Assembly (NCBI RefSeq): GCF_001194135.2
Contig: NC_068983.1
Location: forward strand, 94,264,409-94,328,408
From: Octopus bimaculoides
Lineage: Eukaryota
Reading direction: 5' to 3'
DNA length: 64,000 nucleotides
The translations under genes and the position numbers were made by a program. The notes beneath the pieces are model-generated. The model worked only from the letters and a program-made list of their open reading frames with translations, did not search any database and had not been told where the DNA came from. This document shows positions 11,057 through 23,599 of this stretch, one piece after another; position 1 is the stretch's first letter, and the number at the start of each line of letters is the position of its first letter.

Positions 11057-11776
11057 GAGAGAGACGTCTGCAATGGTATAGGCATGTGGCGAGAATGGAT
11101 GAGGATAGCTGTGTGAAAAAGTGTCACACCCGAGCAGTTGAGGGAACCTGTGGAAGAGGTAGGCCCAAGAAGACCTGGGTTGAGGTAGTGAGGCACGACC
11201 TTTGAACATTGGGTCTCCCCGAGGTAATGACTTCTGACCGAGATCTTTGGAAATATGCTGTGCGTGAGAAGACCCGGCAAGCCAAGTGAGACCTAAATCC
11301 AAGGCCTCTGCCAGGATGCGTACCTTCCTACGTTGGACACTAAACTCCGCTTGCGAGGACTTGTTGAGGCAAGTGAAATCGAACTAATTTCGACAGATGG
11401 CACCCATGCCAACGTTGTCTCCTTCATTGGAAACAGAAACTCAGTTTGCGAAGACCTTTTGAGGCAAGCGAAATCGTGATAGCACTTGTAAGGACATTCG
11501 AGCGAGATTGTTGCCAGTGCCGCTGGACTAGCTCCTGTGCAGGTGGCACGTAAAAGACACCATTTTGAGTGTGGCCGTTGCCAGTACCGCCCAACTGGCC
11601 TTCGTGCCGGTGGCACATAAAAGCACCCACTACACTCGGAGTGGTTGGCGTTAGGAAGGGCGTCCAACTGTAGAAACTCTGCCAAATCAGATTGGAGCCT
11701 GGTGTAACCACCTGGTTCACCAGTTCTCAGTCAAATCATACAACCCATGCTAGCATGGAAAGCAGACGTTAAACGA
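11057..11776 (+). mobile_element. RTE LINE 3' end: ORF2 C-terminus plus long 3' UTR and tail
   Basis: ERRLQWYRHVARMDEDSCVKKCHTRAVEGTCGRGRPKKTWVEVVRHDL...DRDLWKYAVREKTRQAK*, then about 480 nt of UTR ending gttaaacga at the N gap; the UTR is shared with copies at 8810-9056, 34070-34392 etc. Confidence 0.9.
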
Positions 11777-12795
11777 NNNNNNNNNNGCATAAGTATATAT
11801 ACATTATGTACATATATGTGTGTATATGTATGTATATATGTATCTTTGCTTATATATATATATATATGTATGTATGTATATATATACACAAAGTATGGGG
11901 GGTTTACTTCACAGATGATCTAAATGATTAGGTATGCATAAGTATATATACATTATGTACATATATGTGTGTATATGTATGTATATATGTATCTTTGCTT
12001 ATATATATATATATATGTATGTATGTGTATATTTATATTCATATATACGTGTTTGTGTGTGTGTATATATATATATCTATATATGAATATATATACTTGT
12101 GTTTATTTCTTTTTATGCAATTGTTTACCTGAATAAGCAAGTACATGTACTTATATTTCCCCTTAAAATCCATGGATATTGCAAATCATATTTGGAATTT
12201 CCTATGGATGGGAAATGCAACAACGAAAAGATGTGATATGTGGAAACGTACGTAGAAATGTATTAAAGGATTTATAAATTTCCCTCCGTAAGTTCTTATT
12301 ACAATATTCATCCTTTGCTATAGTTGTACCAGACTAATAACTGTCTCATAAAATCATTTTGAGGTATGGAAATAATAAGCGATAGCGAGAAGAAATAGCA
12401 TAGGATTTTTTAATTAGCGCACTCGAAAATGTTTCGCATAAATAAACTTAAAGGATATATATATATATACACACAAATAAATAAAATGTGTGTGTGAATG
12501 TCATTCCACTTGTTGTCATTAATACCTTCTGTGCAAAAACTGTGTCTTGTTTACAGTTATTGTAAAGCTAGATGTCCTGTTGTTTTAGTGGAAACCACAA
12601 GATCTTCTTGTTGCCAACACTCAGCCATTTAAAATTTGCCTCAGCAAGTCTTCTTTAATCCATGCCAGCATGGAAAAATACATATAAAACTGAATGCAAC
12701 AATTAATTCAAAGTTATTGAATTTACTAAGCATAAAACTATCTGAATACTGTTAAAGGTTCTTTAATATTTGTTTATATATTTTTTTATTTTCAG

Positions 12796-12870
12796 ATTGT
12801 AAAATTGTCCACCATTGTTGGTCTTGCCCGAGAAGCTTTTGTTGACGTTAAATTTGAGTTGCCATTGTGA
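12796..12870 (+). CDS. SUCLA2: SUCLA2 terminal coding exon with stop
   Basis: tattttCAG acceptor; IVKLSTIVGLAREAFVDVKFELPL-TGA. This C-terminus resembles human SUCLA2 ([24 protein letters not shown]); the GDP-forming SUCLG2 lacks this extension. Confidence 0.94.
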   Translation: MVKLSTIVGLAREAFVDVKFELPL

Positions 12871-13192
12871 AACTTATATTGTTTGTAATTTCCCCATTTC
12901 AACCAAAGATGTCTTTGCTTTATAGATGACAATAATAGATAATGTCAAGGAGTTGATTCTCAATCCACCAACTCCTATCAATTTCTGAAAAACAATACAA
13001 TGGATTATCTACATAATCCTTCATAAACTAGGTTTATGAGAACTATACAATAGTTGCTATTTTTTAGCAATACTCTTCTATAGAAGTACCACCAATAATG
13101 AAATCTTACCTCTTAAAATCCAAATAGTTCATTGGATTTTATTTGACCAAGGCAATAATGATTTATATACACACATACAAATACATACATTC

Positions 13193-13225
<33 letters not shown>

Positions 13226-13568
13226 ATATAGACAACAAAGAAAAATTGTTGCTACAACAATAATATACAAAATTTGCAATGATTTTAATTGCCTTTAAAC
13301 ACAGCCTTCTTTAAACAAATACATTTGAAAACATTAGTGCATGTCTTGTTACATTCTATGTCCATTCCTTGTTGAGTGTTGGGAAAATACATTTTCATAT
13401 TATTTTGTACTGATAATATTACTAAAATAATATATTTGAAAAGGAAACCATTATCTTAAATGTGTTGAGTTTATTATGGTTTTTAACTAACCTTATTTCT
13501 GAATGATTGACCTGTTCATGTTCAAAGGTATTTTGAATTCAGAAAATAATTCATCATTTATATAATGC

Positions 13569-13574
13569 AATAAA
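13569..13574 (+). terminator. Probable polyadenylation signal of SUCLA2 (3' UTR about 12871-13600)
   Basis: First AATAAA seen after the stop codon, about 700 nt downstream, followed by U/GU-rich sequence. Confidence 0.5.
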
Positions 13575-16500
13575 ATATTGTTGTTTACGAATAAGTCTTA
13601 ATTTATAATTCTATACAATTTTATTGTTGCTAGGTGCTCACTTTAAATTTGTTTCTTTAATTGTCTCAACTTTTTTCAAATCTTTAACTTATATGTGTTC
13701 TTTTTTAATGTAAACCTTTCTATGTTCCTAGTACATGCCTAGTATACCTTGTATAACAAACTTAAGTCTAGTTTTGTATTATTAGTCATTAGATAAAACC
13801 AATAACAGAATCTTTTACTTATCTGTTTATCAGATATTTCATTTTCTCTATTCATACAGCTCATTATCATTTCATATTTTTAACCCTTTGCTGGTCCTTG
13901 TATCGCATGTGATACACAGAAATTTTTCCCTAACATCCATGCGTCATATATGATACATGTTCACAATTTTTTTCAACCATCAGAGTAATGGAAAGCTTTA
14001 TATTATGCAGAACATGAAATGAGCTAACTAAAAGTCTGAAAAACAAGCATAAGTATAAACATTGTTATCTTTTGGTTTGACTATTTTGCTCCAAAAAAAT
14101 TTTCTGAATAAATGAAATCAATAGATCTTTATATAGGAAAAGTAAGATAAAAACATGCGACATTGAAAAAAAAGATCATGTGATTTCATCACTATTCATA
14201 TTATGCTTACAATTTTATATTAACCTTTGTTACATTTTGTCAGCATTTTATGTGAAAATGTTATTTCTTCAAGCATTACTGTGTCTCCACCCTCAAATAT
14301 ATCAGTAATTCCAATATGCTACTAAATGCTTAATCCCCAGAAGAATAGAAGACAAATTTCAATGAGACTTGAACTAGTGTGTCAGTAAACATAAAGCAGG
14401 TATACCTATGTGGGCATAGTTCCTGGTTTTGTAACCACTGCACAGCACCTTAGGCAAGTATCATCTATCATAACCCTGGGTTGACCAACACATTGTAGGC
14501 GAAATTTGGTAAACAAAAACTATGCAGAATCCTCTCTTATGTGTATATGTGCATATGTGTTTGCATGTCAATGATACGTATATCAATGTATCAAGTGAAA
14601 CTACCTTGTATTTTGTCTACCAAATCTTGTGGACAAAGTACTGGGGAGTCTGTAACTGACATGGATAACCTTTCTTAAAAAGGCAAGCCACATTACTAAA
14701 AAAAGAATTCAAGGTGATTTTTTGTTGGTGAGCCATTCAGAAAGTCTCACTGGCTGCAGTTTGCCCATGACTGGTCTATAATATATCAGCTAAATATTAA
14801 ATACCAACTAAAACTTGAAGGCAACACCCTAACATGGCTACAGTCCAGTGACTGAAACCAATAAAAGTAATATCTAGTCTAGATCTATGCCAGTAGCCCC
14901 AACCATATATATTGAATAAATCAATTCAGCATATCATTTTAGTTCAAATAAAAGAAATGTAATAAGTTTTATTTATAAATTCATAAATCAAAGAAATCTA
15001 GTTTTTAATAGTTAGCCCTATTGAGTAGATAATATGTTGTTCAGTAGCAGCACCTAACATTAGAGTTATGCTACCGCTTTCTGTATCAAGGCTGCAATGA
15101 CACTTCATATAAACAGGCTCACCTGCTGCCAACTAAAGACATCAGTCTGCAGAAGGATCAGTGTGACCTAATCAGCTGGTTACAACTACTGTTAGTGCTT
15201 GATGAAACCACCATAAGCATGATGTATGTAGCATAACAAGAGACTAATGAAGGATCATCCAACTATTGCTAGTGATTGCTGCTGGATAACAATGTTTGCT
15301 AGTAATGCATGAATCATTCAACAAGCTCTGTCTGTGGGGATACATAAAAAAACTCAAGTTGGTTGTTTGATACATAAGGGTGAAAGGAAGCCTGTGATAT
15401 ATCAATGTTGACATTTGACACAAGTTCCTATTAAGAAATGATAATTCTTTCTTGGTCTTTCTCTGACATAGGTTCTTTTCACTATCAATACACAGAATTT
15501 TTTTCCCCACTGCCAGTTCTATCCACATGCATTGTATATCATACAGTGTAGCTGCTTCTGCACGTATCAAATCCCCTTAACTTCCAATGATTGTTTCATC
15601 TCCCTGTTGCTCCATATTAGATGTCAGTTAATATTGCACCTAACTTGAAGGTGGCAAATTGGCAGAATTGTTAGCATGCCAAGCAAAATGCTTAGTGGCA
15701 TTTTGTCTGTCTGCATGATGTTTTGAGTTCAAATCCCACCAAGGTCGACTTTACTTTTCGTCTTTTTGGATTCAGGGTCAATGCAATTGACTTAACCCGC
15801 CACCAAAATTGCTGGCTTTGTGCCAAAATTTCACACCCATATTGCACATAACTCAGATCTCCCCCATTGAATACTATGTCTTGCTATCATTCTGCATCAC
15901 ACCTACACTTTTTTAATAGTCAGAAATATTTGTTAGTGGTAGTGGTTCTATCATTTAATCAAGGATCATTTGGCTGTAGAAAACATAAAAAGAATACGAT
16001 CAAATTAATTACAACATTAAAGGCTGTTGAATTGCCCTGTGTTCCCAGATAGATAAATGAAAGCCTGATATTGTTACAACATACTGAAAATACATTCAAA
16101 AACAAGTATGAAACCTTAAAATTGCATCTGTTATCAAGAGGTAATTCACTTAAATTGCTTACAAAGTGATGGAACCATCTTATGAAATAAAATCTTCTCA
16201 AACAAGAATGCATATACAAAGTTAATCTAAAGTTAAATATTTGGATATGTTCAGAAAGACCCTCGAAGTGACACTTGAGGAATTTTGGTATTTTATAGTT
16301 AGTCAGAGGAGAACTAGCACTCATAACTTTTGATGAGTTCAAAGTAGTCGGTGTTCAGTCTGAATATCTGCTATCAGCAAGACAGATGCATGAATAGAAT
16401 TCCTGAAATTTGTAACTCTGATGGGTTAGTAATGAGGGACAGGTATGTGATGTAGAAAATGAGATATAGTAGGAAGAGAGATGTGAATGCAGATAACAAA

Positions 16501-17228
16501 TTTATAAGAGCAGAGATAAGAAGCATTGCTCACATGAGCCAATACTTGTATATTTGTGTGTCAATTTCTTTTTTTTAATCATTTAAATGGCTTTTTGGTT
16601 GTTTATATTTGTGTATACAGCAACCAGCATTAACAACTCAGATATGTGAGCTGTATTATAAGGTGGATCTTTTTTTTTTTTGAGTATTGTAGAAGATTAA
16701 CAGCTGACCATGGTTGGAATAGAATTAGGGCTTTTCTGGAATTGAAGCCTATTCTTTTTTGAGCTGTTTGGATTTTGTCTGTGTGAATAGCAGATAAGTT
16801 ATTAAAATCCAGAAATAAGTATTTATTTTCCTTTTTTTAATGAACCTTCAGTTGAATACTGAAGTTGATGTAATTGATATGTTGAAATACAATTTGTGAA
16901 ATCAACTTTCTTTTTATATGTACATGAATCTTAATTCAACCAATTATAGGAGAAAGAGAAGGAAAAATAAGTAATTTTTAAAAATATGACCAAACAAATA
17001 CACCACAGTGTAGGTTAGGTGGCTGTAAAGACATGGCTGCACACCTAAGAGTAAGTCCTTGGAGTAAAGTGAATCAAACTTTGAAGAGAACAGTTGAATG
17101 GGTTCATGAATGAGCTAAAACAAAGAAAATAAGGCATGTAAATGGATACAAATGACAATAAAATGGAAAAATAAATTAAGTTGGAAAGATAGGTTTGACA
17201 GACAATGTACTGGTTGTCAAAAATTTGT

Positions 17229-17388
17229 TTAACCCTTTAGAATTAAGATTACTCTTCAAATGTAATACTTGTTTATTTTTAGAATGATATTGTAGGATAG
17301 GTATGACAGGCCAGATCTGGCATGTTTGAACATAAAACAGGTAGAATATTTGGGCCAGATATGGCTGGTTTAAATATGAAAGGGTTAA
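17229..17388. mobile_element. TTAA-MITE, internally deleted copy
   Basis: TTAACCCTTTAG ... AAGGGTTAA; interior matches the reverse complement of the 10278 copy. Confidence 0.7.
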
Positions 17389-17634
17389 TTGGTTGAAAGA
17401 AATTCATGGCATTCAAACCCTATGTTCAGAGGTTTGGGTTGTGTGTGTGCTGGTTAGTACTCTGATACAACACATACAGATAGCTGGACATGATTGGGGA
17501 AGATCTTCAGAGACTCAACATCACCTTGGAGGATGCAGAAGGCTGGTACATGACCACCAGCAATGGAGAACACTGGTCAGCTCTATGCATGATGACATCT
17601 CAGAGACCACTAACCAGCCTCATGAAGCAAGCAA

Positions 17635-17679
<45 letters not shown>

Positions 17680-18302
17680 CACATATATGTATACCAATAT
17701 ATTCACATGCACACATTGTGCGTGTGTATACATGAATGTTGACATTCTGCATCTCTACATGACACCGAGTAAAGCACTGATGCCATGTTTACATTCTTTA
17801 TAAACATTACATCCTGTAACTCTGTGCTTTTGAAGGCCTGCAAGATGAAAATTCCTTATTTGCAAAATGGATTCAAATAAGGGAATTTTCATTCTGCATG
17901 TTTTCAAACAGGTAAGTGTTGTGAAGGGAAGTTTAATTGCAAAATATTGTCTCAAGTTTCCAGCCAACCCATAGCAGCATGGAAAAGTAGATGCAACATG
18001 AACAAATGAACTAAAATTTACATCTACATTACCAGCAGAATCATTAGCATGCTGGGCAAAATGCTCTGCAGTATTTCATCCGTCTTCATGTTCTGAGTTC
18101 AAATTCTTCCAAGGTTGACTTCACCTTTCATCCTTTGAGGTTGATAAAATAAGTACGAGTTGAGCACTAAGGTTGGTGTAATCAACTTACCTCATCCCCT
18201 GAAATTGTTGACCTTGAACCGAAATTTGAAACTAATATAACTAAGAAGGTACTTAGCTCTTGCTGAATTCAACTGTTATGTAAAAATCTTGTCTGTGGGT
18301 AC

Positions 18303-19375
18303 TGTGGTGTGTGTGTACGAGTAGATGTAATCGCCTTACCTCGGTTTTCCTTTCGTCGACTGCGAGTCTGTCTTGCGGTATCCAATCCTAGAAGCTTGCC
18401 CCGACCCAAAGAACACCAGGAATAGCAGCTGCTTCTCCCAAACCTGNNNNNNNNNNNNNNNNNNNNNNNNNNNNNNNNNNNNNNNNNNNNNNNNNNNNNN
18501 NNNNNNNNNNNNNNNNNNNNNNNNNNNNNNNNNNNNNNNNNNNNNNNNNNNNNNNNNNNNNNNNNNNNNNNNNNNNNNNNNNNNNNNNNNNNNNNNNNNN
18601 NNNNNNNNNNNNNNNNNNNNNNNNNNNNNNNNNNNNNNNNNNNNNNNNNNNNNNNNNNNNNNNNNNNNNNNNNNNNNNNNNNNNNNNNNNNNNNNNNNNN
18701 NNNNNNNNNNNNNNNNNNNNNNNNNNNNNNNNNNNNNNNNNNNNNNNNNNNNNNNNNNNNNNNNNNNNNNNNNNNNNNNNNNNNNNNNNNNNNNNNNNNN
18801 NNNNNNNNNNNNNNNNNNNNNNNNNNNNNNNNNNNNNNNNNNNNNNNNNNNNNNNNNNNNNNNNNNNNNNNNNNNNNNNNNNNNNNNNNNNNNNNTTCTA
18901 AGTACAGGGTCAGGGCGCTCCCTTCCAAGTATAGAGCCATGAGACTCACCACATCACTTATTCCTTGCAGTTTGGCAATGAGCCTAATTTTTCGCATCCA
19001 AGCCATGACATCTCCTTCGCCATTAAAAGGCCTGATCACATTGCTGGCGATCCTAATCTTGGCTGCCATCGCGGCGAATTTCTACACGTGGGGCCGAAAT
19101 AGCTTGTGGTGTGTGTGTACGAGTAGATGTAATCGCCTTACCTCAGTTTTCCTTTCGTCGACTGCGAGTCTGTCTTGTGGTATCCAATCCTTGAAGCTTG
19201 CCCCGACCCAAAGAACACCAGGAATAGCAGCTGCTTCTCCCAAACCTGGACCGTCACTAGACACATCTTGTCCTGTCCGCGACCCCGTTCGAAAAGGGCA
19301 CGAATCCCGACCGAGGCTCCCTCTGCCCTTTTTCGTCTTCCGGTCAGCCTCCCCAGACACTGACGTCATACCACA
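18303..19375 (-). mobile_element. Gypsy-type LTR retrotransposon (young insertion; interior hidden by N gap 18447-18895)
   Basis: Two LTR copies: 19105-19375 complete (271 bp, TGTGG...CCACA ends) and 18303-18446 partial; they differ at 3 of 144 comparable bases. GGTAC target-site duplication at 18298-18302 and 19376-19380. Gag-like ORF from ATG 19069: MAAKIRIASNVIRPFNGEGDVMAWMRKIRLIAKLQGISDVVSLMALYLEGSALTLYLE. Confidence 0.92.
19093..19104 (-). promoter_or_regulatory. Putative non-canonical primer-binding site complementary to the 5' 12 nt of tRNA-Phe(GAA)
   Basis: Element-sense sequence directly after the LTR-terminal CA is AGCTATTTCGGC; + strand reads GCCGAAATAGCT, identical to nt 1-12 of metazoan cytosolic tRNA-Phe as recalled. 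Confidence 0.7.
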
Positions 19376-20076
19376 GGTACAACACTGTAGGTATCAGGTT
19401 ACAGACTGTTAATATCTCAGCTGATTATCTTGTCATGTATTGGCTAAGTCATCTGTTGATCTCATCACATTTTATCAGCAAATGTTATCCATTCATTATC
19501 ATTTTGGTATTGAAGTTTATACAGCCAGTTAAATGAAAACCAGAAATCAAACTTGTTAAGTAAGATGTGAACTAGGTGGGCTTTCACATGATAAATGAAA
19601 TGGTTAATGTGCATTAGCCACTGGATTACAGTTACTGAAGGAGCCTCCTCATAGTTACTCAGTTTTCAAGAAAAAGCAGCTAAATTTTGAATCACATTAA
19701 CCATCTTGACAAAAAAAAAGGGGAAAAGATGTGTTGAATAATGCAAATCCAAATACACTACTCCTGATCATGGTTAACCTAAACCTAAATAACAGCAGCC
19801 CATAATCAGTATACATCTCTAGTTATAATGGCAAAGTATTTGATGTTTGAAATAATCTGGACTGAGGCTGAGTTCTGGAAAAGTCGTGGTGTCTAAATAC
19901 AGGTACAATACCAACTTACCGGACCATATCTAGAATCTTTTATCTGCATTAATTTACACTAATATACAGGTGCCTGTATTTCATTTAATTAATGAAATCA
20001 ATTTAATATTTGAAAATAGAAATAATACATTTCTAAATCTCTCATGAGAGATTTATGCAGTAGCAGCACGATAAAG

Positions 20077-20349
20077 TGATAGTATGTTGTCAACTTAATG
20101 TGACAGTCTCATGAAAGGGAAGAACACTACTGTTATTTAGCCCTAGGAAACACCAATGATAAGCAATGACTCTGAAACTTGTCTCTGGATACTGGCTTTG
20201 TTGGGTAGAGGTGCTTATCTTCACTTTGAAAACATAAGGACACAAGAAATGTGTCAAGTCCAACAGGAAACAGTGTTTCCTAGGGCTAAATAACAGTAGC
20301 ATTCTTCCCTTTCATGGGACTGTCACATTAAGTTGACAACATACTATCA
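20077..20349. repeat. Foldback/MITE-like element with 77-bp inverted repeats
   Basis: Arms 20077-20153 and 20273-20349 are reverse complements with 3 transitions; 119-nt spacer. Confidence 0.85.
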
Positions 20350-20509
20350 ATTTAATATATGTTTAATTTAGAGTGAGTTGACAAAGGTGATCACTCATTG
20401 GTTTGAAAAAAGACTGTAATCCAGAAAAGCCTTGGAACCAAGTTCTGGAAAATCGGTTGTACATGTACAGAAGTCATTTCTTCAGATCTATAGGTGTTGA
20501 ACCCTTTTT

Positions 20510-20728
20510 TTTATTTATCTATTTATTTTTTAGCCATTTCAATCATTTGACTGCGGCCATGCTGGAGTACTGCCTTGAAGTGTTTTTGTCAAACTGTTCA
20601 ATCCCAAGACTTATTTTTAAGTCTAGTACTTATTCCAGCAGGTCTCTTTGCTGAACCGCTAAGTTACAGGGACGCAAGCACACCAACACCAGTTGTCAAG
20701 CAATGATTGGCGGGGGGTGAACACACAT

Positions 20729-20760
<32 letters not shown>

Positions 20761-20900
20761 GTACAATGGAATTCTTTCAGTTTCTATCTGCCAAATCCAC
20801 TCACAAGCTTTTGGTTGATCTGAGGCTATAGTAGAAAACATTTGCCCAAGGTGCCGCGCAATGGGACTGAACCCACAATCATATGGTTGAGAAGCAAGCT
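20510..20900 (-). mobile_element. SINE family A
   Basis: Reverse complement of the 1811 copy with internal CA/TA microsatellite. Confidence 0.75.
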
Positions 20901-23599
20901 TCTTACCACACAGCTATACCTTAAAAAAATTTTTAATTTGAAACCATTATTATAAGTTGATCAAAGCTGGGAGAATTGTTAGCACACTAGACAAAATACT
21001 TAGTGGCATTTCATCCAGCTTTATGTCATAAGTTCAAATTCTACTGAGGTCAATGTCGCATTTCTTCTTTTCAGAGCCAATAAAATAAGTAGCAATTGAG
21101 CACTGGAGTCAATGTACACTCCCCTCAAAATTTCTGGTCTTGTGCCAAAATAAGAAAGAATTATCATAAGTTAGTCAAGGGTGGGGGATTGACAGAATCT
21201 TAAGAGCATCAGGAAAAATGTGTACTGGCATTTCTTCCAGATCTCCATGGTAAATTCCAGCAAGGTCAACTTTACCTTTCCTTTGGGGCTGATAAAGTGT
21301 CAGTCAAGTACTGGGGATGATGGTATCGACTTGTTCCCTTCCATCAAAATTACTAGCCAAAATTAGAAACCATTATTATAAATTAGTCTGTGACTGACCC
21401 CATAATGTTGGCAAATTAATTTGGTTGATGAAATTTTTTAGATACATGTTGGAAGGAAAAATTTTTCATTAATGAAATTCACTTACAGGGCATTGGAAGA
21501 CACTTGCCCAAGATGTCACATAGTGGGACTGAATCTGAAACAACATGGTTGAGAAGCAAACTTTTTAAAGTTAGTCATTTATCATCATCATCATATGTTC
21601 ACGTTCAGCATGGGCTGAAAGGGTCATCATGATCCAAGACATTTCTTATTGAGAACTACTGCTTCTGAAGACTATTGCTCAGATATGTCATTTGAGTTGA
21701 TTTGTAGGTTTGTATGCCTTTTCTATGCCCACAAAACTCAATGTACTGGGTACAACACTAGAGATGTATATTCCTTGGCAAAGCAAGATTATAAAAGAAC
21801 CTTACAACCTTTACACTTTCTCTGCTGATTTGCCTATCACTATACAGTGTGTTCTGGGCTCATTTTCATGGCACCAGCACCAAAGAGGGAGCCTTGTTCA
21901 CCATTCAATTGCAGAGGGAGGACAACAGATTCTGTCATAGCACCATGACTACAGATGGGATGTCTTGTATACAGTAAATATAAAAAATACTCAGTCACTT
22001 CAGATGTGTTGACTGAGAAGGGTAATAAAGGGAGAGCAATGATAGTAGAAAGGGCATTTGGGAGGGGAAGATAGGAGTGTTAACTGCAGAGAGTTCTCAG
22101 TAACCTCAGAAATGTATATTTGCTGAAGTGACTGAAGAGGAGAATAATGGGGGGAGAGAGAAAAAGAGCAAAGATATGAGATGGGCCAAAATTTGGGGGA
22201 GATGGAAGGAGAGAGAATTTGGTGGGAAAGTATAATGGACAGGGTTATCTGGGGATAGAATTGGGACAGGATAGCAATAACAGAAAAAGAGAGAGTGAGG
22301 GAGGGAGATAAGTTTGCAAAACAGAACAAATTTGTATATGTAGCCTATTAATATCCTTTTAACTTACTAATGATGTGTCATGAAACAAATCTTTGATAAA
22401 AAAAAGAAGTCACAAGACTAGAGTCTTAGAAATAAATACAACCTAAAAAAGAACTAGCATGCTAAAACCAGGCTGGATAACTTTTGTAGTCACTCATCAA
22501 GTGACAAGTATTGATAATCTACAAAATCATTGCCCCATAAGAACAGTGTATTGGGTGCATTTTTTCATAGCACTAGCAACAGAGACAAAACAAAAAGACC
22601 CACTCAACCTCATGCACAGGAACATTTTATCATGGCATTAGCTCTTGAAAGGATAGGTTGAGAGAGTGATGGATAGTAAGAGGTGAACAAGTAGTAAGGA
22701 TAAATGATGAATGTTAATATCAAATGGCTAGAGTTGGGGGAATATAGATAGTGTATGAAGTACATGTACATCTGATGCGAACCTTTTGCATATACCTTGA
22801 GAAGGGTGAGAGAGCAAAAAGGAGGATGAGAGATGCAGAGGTAGTATGTTGGTAAGAGGATAATCTTAATGCATCCCTAATTACACTGAAAGCAATGTAT
22901 GGTGAATAGAAGAGATTCACTGCTATCTGTAGTCATAAGCAGCATGGTACAGTGTGATTGAGAGATGAGCATGAATGATAAAGTTATAGGTGGTAGATAG
23001 ATAAGTGACAAGAGAGATATGCCATAGAAAAGATGAGTGATAAGAATGTTAGAGAGGTGAGAAGCTTCCAATGATGTCAGTGATGTATGCACACACACAC
23101 ACACATATCAGATTGGAACCTGGCGAAGCCCACCGGCTTACCAGTTTTCAGTCAAACAGTCCAACCCATGCCAGCATGGAAAGCGGACGTTAAATGATGA
23201 TCATGATATATATTTAGTATTACATAATTCAAGGATCAAGGTGTAGGAAGCTAGTAAATTTTCAGTGGCCTGTAGAAGTTATGGTTTATTGACATAGAAG
23301 GTTGTAAATTTTTCCAATATCAAAGCTTGATAAGCTGAAAAATGTTATTTTATAGTTCACGGTTAGCAACTAGGGTTGCTGTGTAGGCAAATAAGAATCT
23401 GAATGTATATATACACATATATACATGCACATACATATACCTAAAGATACTTATGCATATCTTTATATATATACATTTTTAACATTCATTTTGCCATAGG
23501 TAGGTTAGTCTTCATACCCAGACCAATACAATTGTTTCTCTTGTTCATTACATCTCAGTCTTCTTTTGTTTAGTTTTTCTCTGTTTCTTTGTGCTCCAA

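Noticed and set aside
11787-12030. About 90-bp TA-rich block duplicated 149 bp apart
   Set aside because: Starts exactly at a 10-N gap, so probably a contig-overlap artefact
2292-12870. Alternative assignment as GDP-forming SUCLG2
   Set aside because: The C-terminal extension ending VDVKFELPL and overall similarity favour SUCLA2
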